From assembly GCA_022813965.1 (NCBI GenBank), contig JALDZS010000120.1:1-64000 (forward strand): a stretch of 64,000 nucleotides of DNA. The letters run 5' to 3'. Position numbers and translations under genes: made by a program. Each line of letters opens with the position of its first letter. Positions within the stretch are counted from its first letter, which is position 1. The notes below the pieces were generated by a model, which was given only the letters and a program-made list of their open reading frames with translations, made no database searches and was not told the DNA's origin. Below, piece after piece: positions 1-11,644 of this stretch. This stretch comes from Toensbergia leucococca (lineage: Eukaryota).

Positions 1-119
1 GACGAAGGAAACAAGAGGAGAACGAGGTTGAAAGGTTATTTAACCTCAGACGAAAAGGAGCACGCTAACGCGTGACTAGGCAGGGTCCAAGGCCTTGGCA
101 GGCCTCTTGGCCTTGCACC

Positions 120-1235
120 ATGACACATTCAGATAAGACAATTAGTCATCAAAACTTCTTACATGTTATAAGTATAAAACTTGCTTATTTTAGCTCTGAT
201 GAATCCTTTAAAAAACATCCTTATAAGAAGAGAAATATTCTTCTATTATTATCAAAGATCTTATCACTGAAGCATGAGTGAATGATTTAAGTCTCTTAAG
301 GACTACTATACTATATGTAAAGATAATAAGGTATTACATTCATCAATTTTAAACTGTTTTAAGTCTAAGAAAAGAAGGGCTTCCCTTGTAAAGATAAATG
401 AAAATATAAGAGTGAAGGATTCTTCTATTAAGAAATGTTAACATTCTACACAGTTAAATAAAGACTGTTTATTTAGTTTATGTGAAGAATTACACTTCTA
501 TAAAGGTAAAGAGAAAAAGAACTGTTGATCTCTATATCATGAGGCTAGATTTATTAAAATAAATAGAGGTAAATAAGAAAAATAAGGTCACATAGAGATG
601 AAAGCTCAATTTTATGTGTTTCTTACTAATTCTCACTAATTTGCGGGGTAATCCCTTAGTGAGTCAATCAGACACATCACATTATCTACCCTGACATGAC
701 TGTCTGTATAACAGTAGAGGGGATAAGTTTTAACTCTGTGTGTACTTCAACTCTTATAGTTAATTTTCTGATTACACTGCATCAACAAATTATCTTAATG
801 ATTAAAGATCAGTTCATAACATGCAGAATCAGCAAGTTAGTTGTTCTTCTCAGATTAACTCATAAAACAGCTTCTCTTATTACTATTGACAACCTTAACA
901 CAAAGCTTAAAAAATCTGTGTTAGCTCAGACTCTCACTTTAGAGAATGACTCTCTTTCTCAAGATCATTTCTTAGAATCTATTTCTTCTTCTTTAGATTT
1001 TATAGCTTATATTTATCAAATAAGTTGACTTTTTTTTAAAGCTCAGAGCTCAGTTTTAATGCTAGTATCTGAACTTTGTATGCAGTTGTGAGAACAAAAA
1101 AGACTTAAGTCTTTTAAGAGAATAGATGTTTGTGTTTTGTTGTTGTTGTAAATTGAGTGCGCGGTTGATGGGGTGAGTGTATGGAGGGGTTTTGCTGTTG
1201 TGAATTTTCTCTTCTGCTGCATCAAATCCTTCACT
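120..1235. pseudogene. AT-rich, RIP/deamination-degraded relic of a gene or transposon
   Basis: Sharp shift to high AT with TpA excess and CpG depletion. The minus-strand frame from 1234 continues as stop-riddled, I/L/K/S-rich pseudo-protein. Identity not recognisable. Confidence 0.55.
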
Positions 1236-1237
1236 CA

Positions 1238-3938
1238 CTATACATTTCGTAGCCAGATGCCGCTGTCCCCATCATGGTCGTTTTCATCGTGACCTTTAGT
1301 TTCCGGCTTGTGGGAAGCATGGCGGCTGACGTTTAGTAGGGTTTTAACGCCTTCTTCCATACACTGTTTGCCAAAAAGACATCAATTTTGGCGTGTACTC
1401 AAAATAGACCACAAACAAACAACAAAGCGTGGGAAGGGCTTTGCAGTTTTTCTAGTATTCTGAAGGAGAAAGGTCAACTGACCTTTGATTCAACGACCAG
1501 CCACTTCTCGCCCACCTTGACAGCTAACAACTTCCACATCTCTTCCCGAACCTCAGCGTAGGCTATAGCCAGTGCCTCAATCCTAATGCTGTCCCAATTT
1601 CTCTGGCTCTGATTTTCCATAAGCCGTTCATTCCGTTTGCGGCATGCGTTGGGGGTTTTGTTGGGGAAGTAATTCTGGGCGATTTGGCTCCACCCAAGGC
1701 CTTGGGCACGGGCTTGCGTCAGTTGGGTGTCGTCTTCGGTTTTCCAAGATGTGGAATGGGGAGGCGTGTCGGGGGCTTGTACTTGGGTTGAAGTGCGACG
1801 AGATTGCAAGGGCTGTTGTAGATAATCATACGATACAAGGGGGGTAGTTAGTGTCGATGAGTCTGAAGTTTCTGCATTCAGAGATTGACGAGTTTCGGGT
1901 GCTGTTGCAGTAGTGCCTTAAGTAGAGTCGTTAAATTCGGAAAATTTGAGTAATGTTAGCGGAGAGCTTACTTTTGTCAATGGAATCAGGTGGTGGCGGA
2001 CTAAAAGCCATTTTGTTCTTTTTCAGCTTCTTTCTCTTACCATCATCTTCTCCAGTCTTGCCTACATCAGCCCCGGTATTGCTCGGTCTCTTATGCTTCT
2101 TGAGTTGTGCGGAGGCCTCGCTTTGCGCAGTGGTTTTAGCAGCTCGCATCTCTTGCTCTGCTTTGCTCGGACGCCCACGCTTCTTTCTTGACAATTCGAA
2201 CATGACTGGTGGTATAGATTCATCGTGCAAGGCTCTACTTATAGGGCTCAAGGCTCTACTGCTAGCGGCAATTGCGGTTGTTTGGGTACGAGGGAAGACT
2301 TCAAAGCCTTTGCACCAAGAAAGATGAGAGCCCTTAATCTCATGGGTATCGTTACTAGGACTGGAAGACATTAGCTGGTACCCAACGAGCAATTCCAATG
2401 GCATCAAGGGGCTTAATTATGAAACACAAAAGCCATTCCGTACATGCAATCTTTTCTGCAAGTGACCTGTAATAAAAATACAAAAAAGAACAACATACCA
2501 ATTCGTAACGAGAAAGTTCCCCGAGTCGATGAAATCGATGAAGCCATAGGCTTGCCTATCAGGTAAAAGATCCCAAAATGGGACTGGCATGGAGACAATC
2601 ACCAATGTCGATTGACTGGAGTACACGGACTCTATCCGCACACACACATTGATATCGGATATCTCTTTAGGTGTGTAATGCGTAAGCCACCTAAGCCAAG
2701 ATCCAACATCTAGAGGAGCATTTTCTGCGACGGAAAGAGATACAAGCACTCTCTTCTGTGTACATGAAGAAATAGACGTCGCAGGAGTGTCGACTTGCAT
2801 AGAATCCGAGTCATCTTGACCCGACGAAGACGGTTCAGCATTAGGGGCCAACGGCGAGACATGTGGTGCAATAACAATACTCGGCTGGCCTTTTTCAGAT
2901 AGTGAAGCGTATATCGGTGTAGATGCAAGTCTCCATCGAATCGTCACGAGGCGGCAGTGAAGCATAGCAACGGTGAAAGGCTCATCTCCAAAGGCTCGTA
3001 ACTCGTCAATCAGAGCTTGTGTAAAAGACCTTTCACCAACACCTAGAGTGGGAGTTCCCCGGCCACAAGCGGCAAGTATTTCCTTGGAGCTTCCTTCAGC
3101 GGTATCTCGGGCGGCGTTAGCCGCAAAGCAGCAGTCAAGGATGATAAGAACGTGCGGCATGGCATTTTCTAAAAGATGCTGAAGCGAAGACCAGATCAAA
3201 TGTGGACTGTCATGCTTTTGGTTTCTGTAGCCATGTCAGTGCTTCTCTGCTCCATTTTCCAGACAAGTAGCTTACGCGCGCCATATGCTACGCCCACGGC
3301 GGTCATAATCTCCGTGTCCACCATAATATACTATAAGTAGCTCAGTCTCGCTTTGATGCGCAAATTGAAAATCGTAAAGCTTCCGCTGCAGCTCAAACGT
3401 TGAGCGTGAACTTGGTATATCCCATGTTTCAACGGTAAAGTTGAATTGACAGTCCAAAACACGTCTGAGAACAGATAGTTCAGCTTGAACTCCGAGATCA
3501 TCATCTGACCATCTGAGCAACAATACGTAGACTCCAGTGTAAGAAGCGCCGCGGTTCGGAAATGAGTTCTTGACAGCTCGATTAAGGTCCTCAACAAAGA
3601 CATGCAGAGAGTCGATGTGCTTGTGATCAAAAGCATCAGGATGGAGCCTTGACACAAGGGCGGTATCGTCCTCATCCTGTACACGCAATTAACTCAGAGT
3701 GTCCTTTCCGGCGGCGTTACTGATGGAACTCAGGAACAAAAGGTATCGGCAAGTGAGCATTCCGCACAGAGCATTCTCCAGCTGAAAGTACTACTTGCCA
3801 TCTGCTCCATCAGATCCGTAACCTCCATAATTCATACCAAAGCTGTCAGGCTGTGCACACAAGCTTTCGTGTCTCAGCTTCAGTAATGGAAGTGTCAGCA
3901 AGACTATCCTGTCTGCAAGCTGTTGAGGTAGATATCAT
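1238..3938 (-). CDS. Spliced fusion protein: caspase-like (clan CD) domain + AT-hook + Myb/SANT domain
   Basis: Motifs LLIVYYGGHG and VLIILDCCFAA (His/Cys dyad), KKRGRPSK (AT-hook) and SWKTEDDTQL...GLGWSQIAQNYFPNKTPNACRKR (Myb/SANT). Frame-preserving GT-AG introns at about 3275-3225, 2497-2412, 1971-1917 and 1482-1364. Stop TAG at 1238-1240. First exon (ATG 3938, intron ~3860-3677) is tentative. Confidence 0.75.
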
Positions 3939-3984
3939 CACGATAGCACGAGGCGTACACTATACTATATGTATGTATGTATAT

Positions 3985-4288
3985 ATATATATATAGCTTG
4001 ATGAGGCTGAAGCGGCAAAGTTGTGTAACACGAGTCATGCAGCGGTGCCCGATGAGCCAACCACTTGACGGCTCAAGTATGAATACCTAGTACCTTATTC
4101 TCAGGCCTTGGCGCACCGCGCGCGCTTTGATGAAGTCATTCTGTCACAGAGAATACTCTGTGACTTATTTCGGAATAGGTTAAGGTAGGTAGGTGCAAGC
4201 AAAATCAGCTAAGGAATGGAATCAGAGGCTCAATTGTACCTAATAAATAGCTTTCAAGGCTGGGGGAAAAATTTAACCGCCGTTGGCT
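3985..4288. repeat. Duplicated upstream module P1, copy A (direct repeat of 8151-8425), with a TATA-rich proximal end
   Basis: Shared strings include TGAAGCGGCAAAG, TTGACGGCTCAAGTAT, TCTCAGGCCTTGGCGC, CTCTGTGACTTATTTC and GAATGGAATCAGAGGCTCAATTGTA. Confidence 0.9.
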
Positions 4289-4324
4289 TACCTAGCGACT
4301 TCTCACCAAACAATCGGCTGCTAA

Positions 4325-4717
4325 CTTTTGGCTACTGATCTACCTCTACCTCATGAACCCGAAACCTCACCTAGAGGGAGGCGAGGTGGAGTTCCTGTGG
4401 ATAACAGGGTGTCTCATGATTTTGAAAGGAGGTGATTCAGAATCACGATGTTTTGGCGCCCGGGGAGGTGATCGTGCGCCCAGGGGTGAGGGAATCAACT
4501 CAGGATGTGGTAGAAAAGCATGATTTTTCTCCTAGGTAATTTGGCTTCTAGATGGCACGCAAATGGGACAAGTAAATGGCTTGTGAACTGGTGGGAATTG
4601 AGGCAAGATATGGTGCAGAATGATAAAATTTCCCTCGGTGATATTGCGCCTGAGAAGGTGGTTGGGGGGGGGGGTGGTGTACAGGTATCAAAAGGGGGTG
4701 TACATGTATCGCCACCC
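4325..4717. repeat. Degenerate module P2, copy A (inverted homolog of 11433-11644)
   Basis: Collinear blocks CTTTTG..ATCTACCTC, TGTGGATA, TCATGA, AATCACGATGTTTTGGCGCCC (18/21 identical) and GTATCAAAAGGGGGTGTACATGTATCGCCACCC (25/33 identical) match the reverse complement of 11433-11644. Confidence 0.7.
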
Positions 4718-5302
4718 AAAAAAAATTGTGTGTGTCCTGAAGTAACCCGGCTAAGCTGCCCGGAAAGCTTGTCTGATGAACATTGTGGGACACTGCAGAG
4801 CTTTGAGTGACGCTATTGCAATTCTGAAAAAGAAAACAGTAGGGGCGTAATGGTAGCTTTGGTTACCAGGGAAACTTCCTCTCGTTCATCAGGACCATTT
4901 GAGAGTCTAGGTCTGACGTAGTAGAAGGGCTCATTGGCCAGACGGGCACGCCAGCGGCTCGGACACAACCTACCCCTCGAACCCTAGAGAACACCCAATA
5001 ACGCTGACTTGCAGCCCGGAGGCCTGAATCCAAGTACGAACAACACTTAGTTAGGTTGGTGTCCAAAACCCGCTGCTTCTTGAAACACGTCGAGGGTGAG
5101 GCACCGAGACACGAGAAGGTCTGCTCAATTATAGCAAGGAAGGGCCGACAGGGATGGTCAAACCATCCTTACCAAGCAGGGATTAAGTTCGACTCGTTTC
5201 AGCTCATCCTTTTCTCGACGTAGTAAAAGACAATGCTCGTTGATTTTCTTTTGTAGATACGAACGTCCAAACCAAACTCTTGGCCAAGGTATTATCTTGT
5301 GA

Positions 5303-5620
5303 ATGGGCACCTCAGAATTGAATGTCGCACTCATCGCACTCGTTGTCTCCCTCATAGCCTTCATCATCACGACTTTCTATCTATCAGCACCAAATTCTTC
5401 CACCGCAGAGGGTCCACGTAAATGTTCCCCATCTCTCCTTGGCTCAAGGTGTAAAAATCCCAGCACTCGTAATCACTGGCATTGGCGATGGACGGAAGGT
5501 GGCTTCGAGACCTATTATGTCGCCCCAGAGATCCGGGAAATGTTTGAGTCGACGGAGAAGATAGTCGACGCATCATCTTTGACAGCACCTGATAGAGAGG
5601 GAGAGGAATGGAGTAAATAA
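5303..5620 (+). pseudogene. Truncated modin/MOD-A-like N-terminal fragment
   Basis: NVALIALVVSLIAFIITT...TAEGPRKCSPSLLG...WRWTEGGFETYYVAPEI resembles, from memory, the N-terminus of fungal proteins annotated as modin. It stops after 105 aa and runs into degraded AT-rich DNA. Confidence 0.45.
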
Positions 5621-6439
5621 CGACTTTAGAATGAACGTATTAGAAGGATGAAGCTTGCAGGTTCATTCAATGACCTAGATGGACTTGATTGGGCGTTCAG
5701 GGTTAGAGATAATAACGCGTTGGGCATCTTCCTTGATTTGAGCTGAGCATATTATTAGAAACGCACGTGTATGGGCTTCTTGAGGATTTGGGCGTTGACA
5801 ATGTCATTCTTGTACCAAGGTAGCTGGGAGCAGCTTGACCTGTGTTCTCAAGCTGTAATTAAGCTACTGGGCAATTCGGTACATGAATGAATGATTGAAT
5901 GATATGGGTTTGCATTCATATTGTTAATTGCCAGAAGGGTGAAGTTTTCTGGAAGCCAGAGTCAAAAGAGGCTTGAGTGAATAACAAGATTCTGTTTTAG
6001 CTTTAGCAATGGAGGTAGATCTCAATAAGGATGAGGGTGAAGTAGCGTATGTCTGTAATGAGGGTTGGCTGAATGAGCAGGCTGATGTGGTCGTTGATTG
6101 GAGGTTGTAAAAGGAGTGGGGCGAAAAGACTCGGATAACGAGTATTAAATTAGCTTAGATGAGGGCTGATAGTAGCCTGAGTTCGACGGGATGGGCTGTA
6201 GTTGAAGTCAATAAAGCACTTCGTGAGAGGTGAATTTTATAACGACGATTGAAGAGCTTTGCTGGGACTGCTTTATGACAAACTGATTGAGTGTTCAGCG
6301 TTCGGGATTCTCGGTCACGCTCTCAAGCATGCCGGAGGAGGTATTCCTCCTGCTCATCAAGCATCACTGCAACTTCACCTTCGTAATTCTTACCAAGCCG
6401 GATGCGGATCTGACTCACTAGCCGGCCATCATCTGCTGC

Positions 6440-8099
6440 TCACCAAGCAGAGGCACATTTGTTGTGCAATGACTTGACTTTATTGGCAATAGCATGTCCA
6501 CCCATTGAGGCACCAACAACAACGCATTTGATATCTATGAAATTGAATTTTGACGAATGCAACCACCGGCGGGTGCGGAAACACTCGACCAAATAAATGG
6601 CACAGACTGCAATGTCAACGATCAAGATGAAGTAGATGTATCCCCGAGAGCCAAATACCACAGCAACGGACTTTACATTGGCACTCCCCAGATAGGTATC
6701 GCGAAGAATCATTAGCTGTGCAGCTGAGTAGGCTTCATCGATATTGTCAAGCATCGATAACAGCGCTTCACCGACTCCTTGAAGGTTTGAGGCGTTGCTA
6801 GGTCCACCTAACGCCTCCACATTGGCAATATTGTTGATGAAGGCATCACCGATTGGGTGAGTCCAAACGCTAGGCTCTAGATCATTAATCACTGCAATGG
6901 TTTGATAAGAGAAAATAGACAAGTTTGTGGATTCAGTGGCCGGCCCCAAGGGTAAGACTGATATGCTATGGTTGGTCACGTTGACGGTCACGGAGAAGTC
7001 AAAAGGTTCGAACGTGACTTCGCACTGCATGTTCGCGAGTATACTGTACATATCTGGGGTGTCGTTAGCTACTGCAAACGCTACGTAATGCGATGAAGAA
7101 GCGTTGCTCACGTTGCTACCAGCGAACATAGCCACAGCACCGTGAGGCCCATTGACAACTAGATCCCCCAGCCCGTTGGGGCCCGCTCCGTTTGGCAAAG
7201 AACCATGAGTGAGGTAGAACGTGTCGCCAAAGTCATTCAGAAAAGGGATTGGCAATTCTTTCAGACCAAAGTTAGACGTGGCATTGTATGCACACAAAGC
7301 CTCAGTAAGGTACTCAGTCTCGTTATATGTATAGCTTGTGGGCTGGTCTAATGAATCGTCCATGAGTCCGACCGAGGCCCCTGCACCGTAGCTACGCGTC
7401 GTATAGATATATCCTGTCTTGTCAAGCTTTGCGTGATTGCTTGTGCCACCATTTCGGTTGGAGGCGTCCTCAGCAGCGACCAAAATCAAGCCCCATAAAT
7501 CAGATGCAGGAGCATAAGTGAATATACCTTGCGCTGTATGTTGTGCGGTTATATTTATGCCACCATCATTCAGCCCCGTCAAATTAGAGAAGCGTGGCAG
7601 AGCCATTGGCTTTGTAGAATCTTTTGCGGCCAGCACGGGGGTAATAGCACCAGCCCAGAGTGCGGCAGGAAACAAACTGAAAAGGATGAATGGAATTAGA
7701 ACGATAAGGTAGGGCCATGGCAATGACCAGTCAAAACGCCTGCCATACACAGCATTCACAAATTTGGCAGAGTCAAGGAAAAATGGCCTTTGAGCAAATT
7801 GAACACGGGAAGACAGATTTATGATCATGCCTGAAAAATCAGATTTGCCTTGACTCGTTTGCAATCTATATCGCGCGATACTTACAGAGCGCTGTGACGA
7901 GGATCATGCCAAGTATTTGCGAGACTATTTGAGTGACGATTCCTATCGTCGTGCGGTCATTTTGCACAACCTCCGCAAACTTTGACGACGCTGTCCAGTG
8001 ATTGGCTTTTGCACCTAGCAGAACGAATGCAAGCACAGTATTGAGAACAAGCCCCGGGATAATGAGGTACTTTTCCCACGCTGATGCTGAATCCGCCAT
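6440..8099 (-). CDS. Uncharacterised fungal multi-pass membrane protein with a large N-glycosylated extracellular loop
   Basis: ATG 8099, frame-preserving intron 7885-7831, hydrophobic segments at both ends, many N-x-S/T sites. TGA at 6440 is followed by ~38 more in-frame codons and may be premature. Confidence 0.75.
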
Positions 8100-8150
8100 C
8101 TTTCACTTGTGACTTTGTTTTTAAGCATATGAGGAAGTATGTGAATCTTT

Positions 8151-8425
8151 ATATATATATGCATAGCTTGTTGAGATTGAAGCGGCAAAGCTGTGTAACA
8201 CAAGCCATGCAGCGGAGCCCAACGAGCCAAGTAGTTGACGGCTCAAGTATTCTCAGGCCTTGGCGCTTTGATCAAGTCACTGCGTCACAAAGAATGCTCT
8301 GTGACTTATTTCAGAATAGGTTAGGTAGGTGCAAGCAAACCCAGCTAATGAATGGAATCAGAGGCTCAATTGTAATGAATACCTTATCTTTCGAGGCTGG
8401 GGGAAAAAGTAACCGCCGATGGCTA
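8151..8425. repeat. Duplicated upstream module P1, copy B
   Basis: Direct repeat of 3985-4288, located just upstream of ATG 8099. Confidence 0.9.
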
Positions 8426-8468
8426 ATTTAACCTACCCCGCTCTACCCCATACCTACCGTGCTACCTA

Positions 8469-9530
8469 CCTTACGGGCCTCCCTATGAATGCGCACACTG
8501 TGATGATACTGTAAAGATATAGTAAAATGATTGATTCAGTATGCGTACAATAAAAACCTTTTGTTACTGTACTATCATCATTTATAAATTTTAACAGTAT
8601 AATTTTGAAACACTGAAACATGAGTTTACAGAGACTTTGAAATGACAATGCATCTATAGTTCCCTTCACAAATCATCAACATCAAGAAACGCAATTGTGA
8701 TTAAAAGACTGCTCTACTACTGCTATGAGCTAAATAACGGTGTCAGTATTTATGTACAGTGTCAGTACAGTGTCAGAACAGTGTCAAACTTAGCTGAAAA
8801 ACATAAAACTCTCTTTATTCACTTAAACTATCTCACTTCACACTCACCTCTTCAAAACCCTCATGCTAATTTCTTACCTACCGCGACGATTTCACATACA
8901 AAATGGCCTAGGTAGATCTTCATCTATCTGATTCAAATGCTCATGCTAATAGCGTACCTGCCTAGGGAATTGCGACGATTTCACATACAAAATGATCATG
9001 ACTTTTCAGTGCAAAAGGCTTAGATAGGTGTCCTCTATTTACCTGATTCAAATCCTCATGCTAATTGCCTACCTACCTAGGAAAACGTGATGAATCCACA
9101 CACAATTCTTCTCTACCTACTCAATTTCATACTTGATTTCATATCTATCAGTCTAGAAAATTGTGATGGATTCACATGCAATAATCAGTTAGATAGAATA
9201 ATGAAATAAATAGTAGTGTTTATGAATTCCGTAATTAATTTTGATGACAGTACCTATGAATTAATGATTTATTGCATAATTAATTAATTGATTAATTAAT
9301 TCATCTACAGTGTAATTCACTTGACACCGTTTCAATTCTGACACTGTTATGCAATGAATTAACTATAGACAAGCGTCATAGTTATCCTTTGCATAACTAA
9401 AATAATCTGCTAATCATACTTGTTAATACACTAGGTTGGGCTGATCAGTAAGATCAACCGTTATTTTTTAATGACATCATACTATTACTATGTCTATACG
9501 GTGTGCGCATTCATAGGGAGGCCCGTAAGG
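8469..9530. mobile_element. Non-autonomous Tc1/mariner-type TIR element (MITE-like, 1062 bp)
   Basis: Perfect 30-bp TIRs CCTTACGGGCCTCCCTATGAATGCGCACAC (8469-8498 and 9501-9530), TA on both flanks (8467-8468, 9531-9532), AT-rich interior with no transposase ORF. Confidence 0.92.
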
Positions 9531-9761
9531 TACCCCGCTTCCTCGCTAGATGGTTTAGATACTATCCACGTGCCACTGTGAATACCGCGCCAAAGTCTTA
9601 CCAAACCTACTATCTTGATTGCATGATCCAACCCAAGGAAATAGTTCGCATATCATGGCATATAGCTGCTGACCGTTGGTCAGTTCTAATTCTCCTGCTA
9701 CTCTATAATGAAAGAAAGCCCGCAAAAATATGAGAAACAAACCATCAACTCCGAGCACCTA

Positions 9762-10500
9762 CTACGATGAGTTACTTTGACATGCTTCAAGAAGCTTCTG
9801 GTCAACCTTGAGTCCCCCCGGAACTGCTACCTCAGTGTTCGTCTCCACATTCACGGCCGCCTCGACAAAATCAGCGGCGTCCGTCAGCCAATCGCAGAAA
9901 AAGTCACGTTTCGAATCCAGATGGAACTGGAGGCTGAAGGACAGCTCCCTCGCCGAGTTCGAAGCCGGATCCACCTCGATAAGTTGGAAGTTTGAGCCAG
10001 CGTTGTAAAGGCTGATCGTTTCAACTTTTAGATATTGTCACTCAATTATTTTGATCCGATAGATTTGCAGTTGCATCATGCCTTTGTCAGTACTTTGCAT
10101 GGGTGAAATATTCTTGAGTGATCACCGTATTAACTGTGAGTGTAATGACTCACCTTGAGTGAATTCCTGGGCGAACGCCGCTGCGATTGCCTTGTTATCT
10201 GGGTATCATCCAAAAGAATCATAGTTCGCTTCTGTGAATTGCAAGGTCAGAGTACCTGAATTGTTGAACTGAGGCTCGCCATGCTCAAACGGGCCGAAGT
10301 CCTCATATTTGATATTCATGGCGATCGTAGCCGTTGCAGTCTCAGTGCAAGTAAAGGAACCTGTCACCCCTCCTGTATGTTTGAGAATCTGACAAACGCT
10401 ATCAATGCCTGATGTTATAGCTGAGAAAAGCGCTGTCTCAGTGAGGGTGCCTACGCTGACGCCGGACGTATCAGCTGACAAAACGGTGAAAGTCTTTCAG
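9762..10500 (-). pseudogene. Probable decayed small secreted/extracellular protein gene
   Basis: Thr/Cys-containing coding-like segments at 10206-10481 and 9762-9974, in-frame TGA at 10206, GTGAGT donor near 10152. Confidence 0.35.
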
Positions 10501-10779
10501 GGAACACATTCTAGCGAGGATGGTAGAGGCGAGCAGTCATCCTCATTGAGACCTTCAACCGTGCATACTTGGTAGCCTAGGAAGGAAGAGTTAGTATCGT
10601 GGATCTATCGGAGGCGATAAGGATGAAGATAAAATGAAGATAGATATACTGCCGAAGATTGTCGTAACGGCCCTTGGCAGAGCCGTCACTCTGACCTGAC
10701 CCTCAGCTCAGGTTGTAAAGTCGCAACTTTGTGTAATCACTGTTGGGGAGGCCGTTTACGTGGGCTCAACACTTATGGC

Positions 10780-11156
10780 TGAGGTTCCAGACACGCAAAC
10801 GCACGAGGACACCCTATCCCAGCCTACGTTTGAACCACAATATAGACGGCACCGCTTGTATTCTGCAACCAGGTCGAATATCTCTGCACCTTCTCCAAAA
10901 ACTTGGTAGACGTCTTTCTCTTCTGACATTGACATTTCTGCTCGAGTGTAGTAAGAACTTCGGTCAACGTTTCCCTCTTGTCAGCATACTGGCAGAAGAT
11001 CGCGTGGCCATGAGGTAACCGGGAGTATGCGGCTTTGGCTTCTTCTATAGCCGGGCTTTGGAATTCTGATTTGTATCTAATAAATGAGTCAATGCTTTTA
11101 TAGTGGGTTCGGAGGACTGACTGCTGAAGGTCTTCAGGCCGTGTAGTACTTGCCAT
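10780..11156 (-). pseudogene. Relic of the N-terminal helical domain of a fungal NACHT/NLR-type protein
   Basis: KFLEKVQRYSTWLQNTSGAVYIVVQT*AGIG resembles the AVDIVVQTQAGIGCP-type motif. TAG at 10824 is consistent with CAG>TAG. No NACHT core follows. Confidence 0.5.
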
Positions 11157-11432
11157 GGCACATGATTCATCAAACGCAAGCTGGTAGAGGAAAGAAAAAG
11201 GACTCAAATATCAGGCGATTGCACTCCATGCCAAAGGAGCACGAAGCGTCCACCCATGCAATACTTGGCTGCAAGGCTGACTTGTAATCGGCCCCCAGCT
11301 CAAACTGTAGACAATCGGAAACCGAGGCTCCGAGGCTATTGAAACAACTCACTAGGTAAGATTTCTTACTCTTATCAGTCAATAGCTTGTTGTACAGAAT
11401 ATCTGTATCATTTCAGCATTACTGTAAAACAC

Positions 11433-11644
11433 GGGTGATGAGGCATGGACGTCCCCCTTTGATACGTGGATGCACCCCCCCCTTCCGGTCTTACCTGAAG
11501 TAATTAGGCAGTAGTGAGACTGGGCGCAAAGACATCGCGATTTTGCAAGCTATCCATCTACCTTTGTTTCGGAGTCATGAAAATCTCAACTATCCACAAG
11601 ATCAGATAGCACGCGAATACAGGAGGTAGATGGTATGCAAAAGC
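11433..11644. repeat. Degenerate module P2, copy B (inverted relative to copy A)
   Basis: Reverse complement aligns block by block to 4325-4717. Confidence 0.7.

Noticed and set aside
8860..9180. Spaced direct repeats superficially like a CRISPR array
   Set aside because: Degenerate, irregularly spaced, inside a TIR element in a eukaryote, and no cas genes.
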